A DNA stretch of 17,567 bases. It comes from Promethearchaeota archaeon (GTDB taxonomy: Archaea > Asgardarchaeota > Lokiarchaeia > Sigyniarchaeales > SOKP01). Positions 8,597 to 15,857 of the stretch are shown piece by piece (within the stretch, counting starts at the first letter, position 1; each line of letters begins with the position of its first letter). The translations under genes and the position numbers were made by a program. Below the pieces are notes generated by a model. The model did not search any database. It was not told the DNA's origin and was given only the letters and a program-made list of their open reading frames with translations. The stretch spans positions 1 through 17,567 of the forward strand of contig JAFGGO010000089.1 in assembly GCA_016930515.1 (NCBI GenBank), in the 5' to 3' direction.

Positions 8597-9448
8597 TTAT
8601 AAAAATCCTTCCGTCATTTCTATTAAATACTCGTGATTCTCTGCCCATAAAGAAAATATTATATCTTTTCGTGGTATCATGACAATTTCAGTAATACGTG
8701 TCCAAGAATTTGATTCTTCAAACATAAATTCAGGTATAAACCCTTTATATTTTGATCCTTTTATATCAATGTTAACTTCATGTAACTTAATATCAATTAC
8801 TCCAATATCCTTGCGAAATATTTCTTCTCGCCCTTTTCTTTTTAAAAGTCCATACATATAATTCAAAGCGTTTTCGTCGTTCTCTACCTCGTAATCGTAT
8901 TTAAACACCATGAATCCAGCGTTTTTCACAAATTTAGCTTTTGGATTCAATAAATTGAGATCGTACACTTCGAAACCACGAGTAATCACGCTTTTTTCAA
9001 CATGGTAATCTATTATTTTCCACCCTTTATCGATTAATGGTTTTAAAAAAGCTTTAAGCGAATCATCCAAGGTTTCTAATAAAACTTCGTTATTTCCTAA
9101 AAATATGATTTCTAATTGTTCAATTTTTGAATCTCTTATTTTTATCAAGTGGGATAATTCTTTTTGTTTTTCTGCTATGATCCTTTTTGCTAGTTCCCTA
9201 GGATTAATCGCCACAAAAATTTTAGTTTGATTTGAAACAATTGAATTTAACCTCTCAAAAACATATCCTAAATCTATAAGCCTATTTAGTATGGAATATA
9301 TTGTTGTTCGTTCGAGTCCTGTTTGATTTTTAAGATTTTTTACGTTACTTCCTTTTTTGCCGTATTCAATGAGAGAATAATAAACCAGGGCCTCTTTTTT
9401 GTTGAATCCAAATTTTTGGATATCTTTAACGAATTTAGTTTCTTTCAT
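8597..9448 (-). CDS. TrmB-family winged-HTH regulator with non-canonical C-terminal domain (paralog 2)
   Basis: IQKFGFNKKEALVYYSLI...GLERTTIYSILNRLIDLGYV...FVAINP. Start reassigned to ATG 9448 (MKETK), which has TATA-like TTTTAAATAA about 25 nt upstream and aligns with paralog 1. Confidence 0.85.
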   Translation of the reverse strand: MKETKFVKDIQKFGFNKKEALVYYSLIEYGKKGSNVKNLKNQTGLERTTIYSILNRLIDLGYVFERLNSIVSNQTKIFVAINPRELAKRIIAEKQKELSHLIKIRDSKIEQLEIIFLGNNEVLLETLDDSLKAFLKPLIDKGWKIIDYHVEKSVITRGFEVYDLNLLNPKAKFVKNAGFMVFKYDYEVENDENALNYMYGLLKRKGREEIFRKDIGVIDIKLHEVNIDIKGSKYKGFIPEFMFEESNSWTRITEIVMIPRKDIIFSLWAENHEYLIEMTEGFL

Positions 9449-9483
9449 TATCGATATTGGTAGATATTCATTATTTAAAAGAA

Positions 9484-9534
9484 TGTCGATATGTCGCGAC
9501 ACAACAACCTTTATCTTGTAGCGACATTTTGTCA
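9484..9534. promoter_or_regulatory. Pair of 18-bp putative operator boxes in a divergent promoter
   Basis: TGTCG-N8-CGACA at 9484-9501 and degenerate TGTAG-N8-TGTCA at 9517-9534. The boxes are inverted copies of each other (14/18) and each lies about 35 nt from its nearest start codon. Confidence 0.6.
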
Positions 9535-9568
9535 CTATTATAACAAATTATAATTAAATGAACTTAAA

Positions 9569-10348
9569 ATGAATGAAAAAAAAGAAAAACCAAAATATGG
9601 ATGGTACGTAAAGAAACTAATCATAACTTGCATTATCCTCGGTTTATTTGGAATCTCTTTATTTGTATTAAGCTTTTTATTTGGTAATTGGGTGAGATTT
9701 TTTTTTATAATTGTTGGAATTGTTGTTGTTTTGTTTTTTTTATGGCCTGGTTTCGGAATGGCATTGATGAATATAATAATCACCAAAAATCTTAAAAAAC
9801 AGAAGGAAATTGAGATGCCCATGGTTCAAGAATCTCCAAAAATTCTCGATATAGGTTGTGGAACTGGGCGTACAGCTATAAAAATAGCTAAAGATTTAAA
9901 AAACGGTGGATATCTATATGGAATTGATGTTTATAATAAGGTAGCAATTGGAGGAAATTCGTTAGAGACTGTTAAACAAAACGCGCGCATAGAGGGAGTT
10001 CAAGATAAGACTTCCTTCGGATATGGTTCAGCTCTCGATATACCTTTCGAGGACGAAACATTCAATGTGGTTAATTTATCCTCTGTCCTCCACGAACTTC
10101 ACATAAAAAATGAAATTTCTAAAGCATTGGAGGAGGCTTATAGGGTTTTAAAACCGGGAGGTTGGTTGATCGTTGGGGAGTGGAATAAATTTTCCTGGCA
10201 ACTCATCTGTTATTGTGGGGTTTTCTGTTTTGTATTTAAGGACCACAATTTTTGGCGAGAAATCATTGAACAACAGGGATTTGGAATCAAGGCACAGTTA
10301 AACAATGGAGGTTTCTATTTGTTTTCAGCTCAAAAGCCCAAAAATTAA
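9569..10348 (+). CDS. Membrane-anchored class I SAM-dependent methyltransferase
   Basis: Two N-terminal TM helices, then ILDIGCGTGR, GID, ALDIPFEDETF, VLHEL and EAYRVLKPGG. Confidence 0.9.
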   Translation: MNEKKEKPKYGWYVKKLIITCIILGLFGISLFVLSFLFGNWVRFFFIIVGIVVVLFFLWPGFGMALMNIIITKNLKKQKEIEMPMVQESPKILDIGCGTGRTAIKIAKDLKNGGYLYGIDVYNKVAIGGNSLETVKQNARIEGVQDKTSFGYGSALDIPFEDETFNVVNLSSVLHELHIKNEISKALEEAYRVLKPGGWLIVGEWNKFSWQLICYCGVFCFVFKDHNFWREIIEQQGFGIKAQLNNGGFYLFSAQKPKN

Positions 10349-10403
10349 AAATATTTTTTCTATTAATTACATTTGAACATTTTCTAAATCAATAATAAAT
10401 GGT

Positions 10404-10775
10404 TCATTCTTGGATTTTAATATTTTTCACATTAGCGCTTTTGCCATATATTACTTCTGTATTATTGCTTTGGCAATGTCCGCACCTGAACAATTGAAGT
10501 CCAGTAAGCTGTGCCTCTTCCGTCAATGTCACATTCGATTCCTTGTTACAATCCCTGCATCTTATTTTTCCTGGAAGGATTTGAATGACCAATTCGGCTC
10601 CTTCAGCGATTGAACCTGCGGTCGCCATTTCAAAGGACTTTTTCAAGAGTTCGGGTACGATTAGCGTCAACTCTCCGATCTCCAGAAGAACTTGGGTTAT
10701 CCTTTTTGCGTTGTATTTTTTAGCCGTAGCTTCTGCTACTTTGAAAATGTCGTAAGCGAAAGCGAATTCGTGCAT
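10404..10775 (-). CDS. hypA: Hydrogenase maturation nickel metallochaperone HypA
   Basis: N-terminal MHE motif (start reassigned to ATG 10775), IGELT, and two CxxC motifs (CRDC, CGHC). Confidence 0.93.
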   Translation of the reverse strand: MHEFAFAYDIFKVAEATAKKYNAKRITQVLLEIGELTLIVPELLKKSFEMATAGSIAEGAELVIQILPGKIRCRDCNKESNVTLTEEAQLTGLQLFRCGHCQSNNTEVIYGKSANVKNIKIQE

Positions 10776-10797
10776 GATGATGTTCAATATATATTTT

Positions 10798-11091
10798 CTA
10801 TTTTGTTCTCATTTTTGCGATTTCTTTTGCGACTTCAATTAGGACCTTCGATTTCTTTTTTCCTTTCGTGTCGATTAAAACCCTACCAGGGTCGTCCCAC
10901 CATGTTTTTGGATATTGGTAGTTCTTCTCAATTTCTGCAGTATATCCAAGTCTACGGGCTGCTTTCGCGAGTAATTCTAAGTTGATTTTGTCTGATGCGA
11001 ATTTTTTAGGAACGCGCCTCCCTTCGGATCGGCTCCTTTTTATTTCGAAATATTGAGGCCAGTAAATGTGGTATGGTAATCTTGAACGCAT
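10798..11091 (-). CDS. srp19: Signal recognition particle protein SRP19
   Basis: IYWPQYFEIKRSRSEGRRVPK, AARRLG, YPKTWWDDPGRV and KSKVLIEVA signature. Confidence 0.95.
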   Translation of the reverse strand: MRSRLPYHIYWPQYFEIKRSRSEGRRVPKKFASDKINLELLAKAARRLGYTAEIEKNYQYPKTWWDDPGRVLIDTKGKKKSKVLIEVAKEIAKMRTK

Positions 11092-11225
11092 GACTCATTC
11101 GCTTGATTTTTGATAAAAAGAGCTTCTTTAAGCTTAAGACTAAATTATTAATCATATGTAATCATTTATGGAATAAAAAAATTATGACAGAATAATTTCT
11201 TGAATTGGTGTATAAAATTTGTATT

Positions 11226-12245
11226 TTATTCCACTTGTTTTTGCGTGCAATTTCCATTAGCTAAAATTTCTGTAAAGTAAGATCTTTTATCTTCAAGCCA
11301 ACATCCATTCGTTGTCAGCAATACATTTCCCGATCTAACTTGATTGAACTCGTGAATATGTCCAAATATGACATGATTAATTTTTGTTAATCCATTGTTT
11401 TCTAAAAAAAGGAGGGCGTTATCGAAAAATCGTCTCGTTTTTTCTTGATGTCGCCCGTTTGGAATGACTTCTTCTACTTGTATTGAGTTCATGTTTGTTT
11501 TATTAATTTTCAACGAATTTATATAATTAAAAAATCCTTCCTTATCGTTTTCGTCTTTTTTTTCTTTCCAATCGTGCCAAAATTCATTTATTACTCTCTT
11601 AGCATCTTCTTTTAACCCCATGAAGGATTTCCACCATGGAGCAGATACAAAATGGTGAGTTTGCCAATCCTCAAATTGATGTCCGTGAGTGATTAAGTAT
11701 GAATTGTTAATGGGGGCTTTGTTTGCAACAAGCAAAATGCTTTGGGTCTCATTAAATCCCACTAAATCAATCCAAGGCTTGTTTAGGGAATCATATAAAG
11801 CTAGGGTGAATTGATTGCTTTGATTATTTTTTATAATCGCATATTGATATATTCCATTTTTTTTGAGAAAATTGTGCTTTAAACCGCCTTGTTTCATTGA
11901 ATAAAGGAAATCAAGTTTCCGTTTTCCAAAAAGAAGGTTATAATAACCAGTAGTAGGAATTTCGTGATTTCCTAAAATAAAGATTAAGCGAATGCCTTGG
12001 TCTTGGATTGTCTGTAGCAAATTATAACAATTGCTATATATTGAATCGTTGCAAAGATGTTTATATGTACTCATCATCAAGTCGAAAGTATCTCCCAGAA
12101 ATAACATGCATTCCAACTGAGCTACGCTACCATTCTTGATTTCTCGAAGTATTTGAGCGAGAAATCGTTCGAATTTACCAATATTACAATATAGGTCTCC
12201 TAAATGAACATCAGAAGTAAGAATTGCTATAACATTTTTGCTCAA
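11226..12245 (-). CDS. Calcineurin-like metallophosphoesterase (LpxH-like pattern)
   Basis: All metal motifs present: SDVHLG, LGDTFD, GNHE, THGH, FGHIH, plus NGCW. TTG start. Confidence 0.88.
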   Translation of the reverse strand: MSKNVIAILTSDVHLGDLYCNIGKFERFLAQILREIKNGSVAQLECMLFLGDTFDLMMSTYKHLCNDSIYSNCYNLLQTIQDQGIRLIFILGNHEIPTTGYYNLLFGKRKLDFLYSMKQGGLKHNFLKKNGIYQYAIIKNNQSNQFTLALYDSLNKPWIDLVGFNETQSILLVANKAPINNSYLITHGHQFEDWQTHHFVSAPWWKSFMGLKEDAKRVINEFWHDWKEKKDENDKEGFFNYINSLKINKTNMNSIQVEEVIPNGRHQEKTRRFFDNALLFLENNGLTKINHVIFGHIHEFNQVRSGNVLLTTNGCWLEDKRSYFTEILANGNCTQKQVE

Positions 12246-12365
12246 TAATATAATTTTAACACCTTGCCTTGGATATGAAGCAAATATAAAAACAAACTTG
12301 GTTTATCAATTTATATAAATTGTGCGTAATTTAAAAAAATTTGATATGAGAAAGATTTCTGCGTT

Positions 12366-14351
12366 TTAATTTTCTTTCTTTAAAAGAATTTGTGCGGATT
12401 TTAAATAATATTCCATTGGTGTTATCTTGTTTTCGTTCAGTTCTTGAAATATAACTTTTAACTCCTCGATGTTTTGTAAAATTTTAACCCTAATATCTTT
12501 TGAATCAAAGAGACTATTGAGAGTATTTTTCAAATTGAGTTTTTGAGTGTCAATTTTTGCTTCCTTCGTATCAAACAGGTTAACATCTTCCTTGAGCTTT
12601 TTCACATATTTGAAGATGGTGTCGCAAAAATTATCGAATTGGTCGGGAATGAACTCGTGACCGAGTTCCCTGCTCAACCCAATCTTTCCCAAGTCTTCCC
12701 ATGATACATCTTCTCCCTTGATCGGAACGATCTTAATTTCGTGCTTGTTCGCAAGCTCGAGTTCGTGAGCGCAATCTACTGAATTATTGACAGATTTGTT
12801 TGACGCAAAAAACAACAAGAGTTGGCATTGGGGGACTCTCTCGTTCATAAAATCGTCGATATTTCCCGTGAGATCTTCCTCGCAAAAAAACGCCTTGTAA
12901 ACCTCGTTTTGACGCTCCAAGTATTCTGAGACCTTTTGAATGTGAAAATAATCGAAGTCTGCAACTGCGTGACTCAAGAACACATTTAAGGTGGCACGCT
13001 TCCTGCATTCGTCGAGTAATAACGGAAGATCGTTCTTACTAATGATGTATCTCGCTTCTTGGCTCCATGGATTATTTTCCAACTTGAGGTCTTTTAAATT
13101 TTTAAGAGGCCATATTGGTCCTGGGAGGTCTTCGAATTTATTGTATTGTAGGTCCAAATATTCCAAGTGGCTCAATTCGCCAATTTCCCTCGGAAGGGTT
13201 GATAATTCGTTTTTCACCAAACTTAATTTTTCAAGGGACTTGAGCTTGTCAATGCTGTTAGGCACTTCTCTTAACTGGTTCTGGCTCAATGAAAGCATTT
13301 TCAAATTTTCAAGGTTTCCAAATGAGTAGGCAAGTTCAGTTATTTTATTTCCACTAAGCATGAGTATTTCAAGGTTTACCAAATTTCCTATTGTCTCAGG
13401 GAGCTGCGATAGATTATTATCGAAGAGATATAATTCCTGAAGCAATGTGAGTTCTCCAATGGAATCTGGTACTTCCGAAATTTCATTTTTTTCTAAACTC
13501 AATTTTTTTAAAGAAGAAAGATTGCCAAAAGATTTAGGAAGAGTTCTTAATTTAGCTCCTTCGAGGTTTAGTTTTTGAAGGGATATAAGTCCTCCAAACG
13601 ATTCGGGGAGTGAAGTAAGATTCTTATTTCCTACTAAATCAAGTGTTTTAAGAGCCTTTAGATCTCCTATAGATTCTGGAAGACAATCAAATGACATCGT
13701 TCTACCTAAATCGAGCGTTTCAAGTGATTTTAGATTTCCTATAGTGTCTGGTAAAGTTTTTAGGCCGGTAGAATGTAAATTCAAGCTAATCAAGGATTTT
13801 AACATGCCTATCGAATCTGGTAACGAGGTTAGGTACCGATTTGCTTTTAAATCAAGCAGCTTTAATGCCGAAAGCTCTCCAATATTTTCTGGCAAATTTG
13901 TCAAATTCGTGCTGCTTAAATCGAGTAATTCTAAATTATTTAGGTTACAGACGGAATCTGACAACTTAATTCCTGCGTTACTTGCTAAATCTAATAATTT
14001 AAGGGATGAAAGAGTTCCGATAGATTCTGGAAGGTGTTGGATCCTATTGTTGGAAGCGTGTAGCCCTTGTAATTCTTTTAAGGCGCCTATGGATTCTGGG
14101 AGGCTCGATAAACCATTTCCCTTGAGGTGTATGGTCTTTAAGGAGCATAATTCGCCCAAGGATTCAGGAAGTTCTGCTAATCCACAGGAAATTAAATTTA
14201 ATTCAATAATTTTATTGTCTTTTACAACATAACAAAAACCTTTATTACTTGTATCATTTTTATTCGGTACTGCTTTCTTGAATCTTGTTTTGTTCCCAAT
14301 TTCCTGGAGTATATCTCTTACATCTGAACTTAATTCAACTTTATCGCTCAA
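12366..14351 (-). CDS. Leucine-rich repeat protein with C-terminal TIR domain
   Basis: 16 full 23-24-aa repeats (LxxLxLxxNxLxxLPxSIGxL) plus a capping LENNPW repeat, then TIR motifs NVFLSHAVAD, LLLFFAS, SVDCAHELELA and IVPI, then a helical tail. Confidence 0.92.
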   Translation of the reverse strand: MSDKVELSSDVRDILQEIGNKTRFKKAVPNKNDTSNKGFCYVVKDNKIIELNLISCGLAELPESLGELCSLKTIHLKGNGLSSLPESIGALKELQGLHASNNRIQHLPESIGTLSSLKLLDLASNAGIKLSDSVCNLNNLELLDLSSTNLTNLPENIGELSALKLLDLKANRYLTSLPDSIGMLKSLISLNLHSTGLKTLPDTIGNLKSLETLDLGRTMSFDCLPESIGDLKALKTLDLVGNKNLTSLPESFGGLISLQKLNLEGAKLRTLPKSFGNLSSLKKLSLEKNEISEVPDSIGELTLLQELYLFDNNLSQLPETIGNLVNLEILMLSGNKITELAYSFGNLENLKMLSLSQNQLREVPNSIDKLKSLEKLSLVKNELSTLPREIGELSHLEYLDLQYNKFEDLPGPIWPLKNLKDLKLENNPWSQEARYIISKNDLPLLLDECRKRATLNVFLSHAVADFDYFHIQKVSEYLERQNEVYKAFFCEEDLTGNIDDFMNERVPQCQLLLFFASNKSVNNSVDCAHELELANKHEIKIVPIKGEDVSWEDLGKIGLSRELGHEFIPDQFDNFCDTIFKYVKKLKEDVNLFDTKEAKIDTQKLNLKNTLNSLFDSKDIRVKILQNIEELKVIFQELNENKITPMEYYLKSAQILLKKEN

Positions 14352-14545
14352 TTTTAATCACTAATTCCGATTGGACGAGCTTTCAAGCAATCTCAATTAA
14401 TTGCATGCTTCTCGTCGTAGGTTTTTAATTATCATTTTTTATTAACAATACGTAATACAAAGGGTCTTAAAAAATTTTGTAATACCGATAAGAACAAATT
14501 TTAATTACGGGTAATCATTAATCAAAATCACCACACTTCATTTTA

Positions 14546-14649
14546 GGGGAGGTGGTCTAGCTTGGTATGATACTCGGCTGGGGGCCGAGAAGTTCGAGCT
14601 AATCGCTTGATTTCGGTAGTGGCCGGGGGTTCGAATCCCTCCCTCCCCA
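14546..14649 (+). tRNA. tRNA-Pro(GGG) with a 30-nt intron; CCA not encoded
   Basis: Acceptor GGGGAGG/CCTCCCC, D arm GTCTAGCTTGGTATGAT, anticodon stem CTCGG/CCGAG with loop CT-GGG-GG, T arm GGGGG-TTCGAAT-CCCTC, discriminator A14649. Confidence 0.92.
14590..14619 (+). other. tRNA intron at non-canonical position 43/44
   Basis: Removing it restores a 5-nt variable loop (TGGCC) and a 74-nt tRNA. The junctions form a 4-bp helix GCCG/CGGT with AG|A and AG|T cut sites. Confidence 0.75.
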
Positions 14650-14666
14650 TGTCTAAAATTTACTCC

Positions 14667-14680
14667 TTTTTCCGTTTTTT
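14667..14680 (+). terminator. Oligo-T tract, putative archaeal terminator of the tRNA gene
   Basis: TTTTTCCGTTTTTT 17 nt after the discriminator base. Confidence 0.45.
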
Positions 14681-14815
14681 GCATTATTTAGATTGAATAA
14701 TAACAAAACTTAGAGAATAATCATTGATATAGAAGATTTATTTGCCATTGATTAATATTAACAATGATTTTAGTGATGATTAAATTTTTAATAAAGGGAA
14801 TTAATTTTATAAAAT

Positions 14816-15820
14816 ATGAAAATTTTACATGATGACAAATTTATCAGAAATGTGGAAAGCTTAATTGATCCAAAGGAAGTTAGTTTTTTGTATTTCTACC
14901 AAACATTCAAACGGCTTTTACCTCGCTCTCTTTTTAAAAAGCTGTTAGTTAAGACTTCAAAAAAGACACCTTATATGGGTTTTGTAATTGAACCTTACAG
15001 TCTGTTTTTATTCTTTAAGCTTAAAAATATCGAAAAAGCAAAATCATTATTGCCGGAACGCTATGAGTTGAAAAAAACCAGAATTTTTGCTAATGAAGAA
15101 CCGGAATACTATTTGGGAATGGGGGTTTTCAATACTCGAGCAAGTACTTTTTGGGGTTCTAGGCTGGAATCATATCTCATTGCGGAAGATAAAGAAACTG
15201 GTCATATATCTTGGATTTTTATCGATATTTTGAGCAATACAATAATTTATCTCCCTTCAGCAGGAGTTGTAGATAGAAACAGCAAAAATGCGATGTATAC
15301 CACTAGCTCAAAGGGTGATCTACTGCTGGATTTTAAAGAAGACGCAACTGACCGACAGATAATCTTAACTGGTAATATTTCAAATGGAAAAATGCGAGAC
15401 CTTGATCAACCTCTTTGGGTTATAGGAAATACATCTATTGGTCACAGAAAAGAGTTTTCGGACAGTAAAGATGACCCATTCGCCGTAATATTTGATCCTG
15501 CTGAAGTTGAAAAAGCATTAGAAATTCCTATCGAGGATATTCACTTAAAATATAACACGCTCTTCCCTGATTTAGCAGAGCAGGAACTTTACAAAGTGTT
15601 GTGTTTCCCCTTCGCTCAGCACTATATCGCCGATAGTCCAGGCTGTCGCACCTATATCAAAGATATCAATGACATGATCGAGAATTATAATAAAATTGCA
15701 GATATGGAAGAGATTAAAACCTTTTCAACAAGAGGCATACAGAAAATGTTATTAATGGGAATCTCCATATTTATGGTGATCTTTATTATCTTATTTATTT
15801 TGTTGATAATTAATTTATAA
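14816..15820 (+). CDS. Hypothetical protein with C-terminal TM anchor, possibly acetoacetate-decarboxylase-like fold (paralog A)
   Basis: 334-aa ORF sharing PYMGF-x-x-x-PYS, LP-x-x-YEL, K-E-TG-x-x-SWI, LW-x-x-GN, IFDP and FP-x-x-QH with the next gene. Ends in a hydrophobic helix. Confidence 0.7.
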   Translation: MKILHDDKFIRNVESLIDPKEVSFLYFYQTFKRLLPRSLFKKLLVKTSKKTPYMGFVIEPYSLFLFFKLKNIEKAKSLLPERYELKKTRIFANEEPEYYLGMGVFNTRASTFWGSRLESYLIAEDKETGHISWIFIDILSNTIIYLPSAGVVDRNSKNAMYTTSSKGDLLLDFKEDATDRQIILTGNISNGKMRDLDQPLWVIGNTSIGHRKEFSDSKDDPFAVIFDPAEVEKALEIPIEDIHLKYNTLFPDLAEQELYKVLCFPFAQHYIADSPGCRTYIKDINDMIENYNKIADMEEIKTFSTRGIQKMLLMGISIFMVIFIILFILLIINL

Positions 15821-15857
15821 TGATTTATTTTAAAAAAAAAAAAAAATAATCATACAA

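Noticed and set aside
13070-14210. DNA-level periodic repeats (e.g. recurring GATTCTGG/GAATCTGG) as a CRISPR or tandem array
   Set aside because: Explained by LRR codons (LPES/LPDS). There are no identical repeats with unique spacers.
12784-14232. ORFs 12784..13008, 12991..13329 and 13744..14232
   Set aside because: Antisense or out-of-frame shadows of the LRR-TIR gene. Their periodicity simply mirrors the LRR codons.
14590-14624. Canonical 37/38 intron, or a tRNA-Sec/Ser/Leu-type long variable arm
   Set aside because: Splicing at 37/38 does not restore the anticodon stem. The anticodon is GGG (Pro), a short-arm class, and the 43/44 register gives a splice motif.
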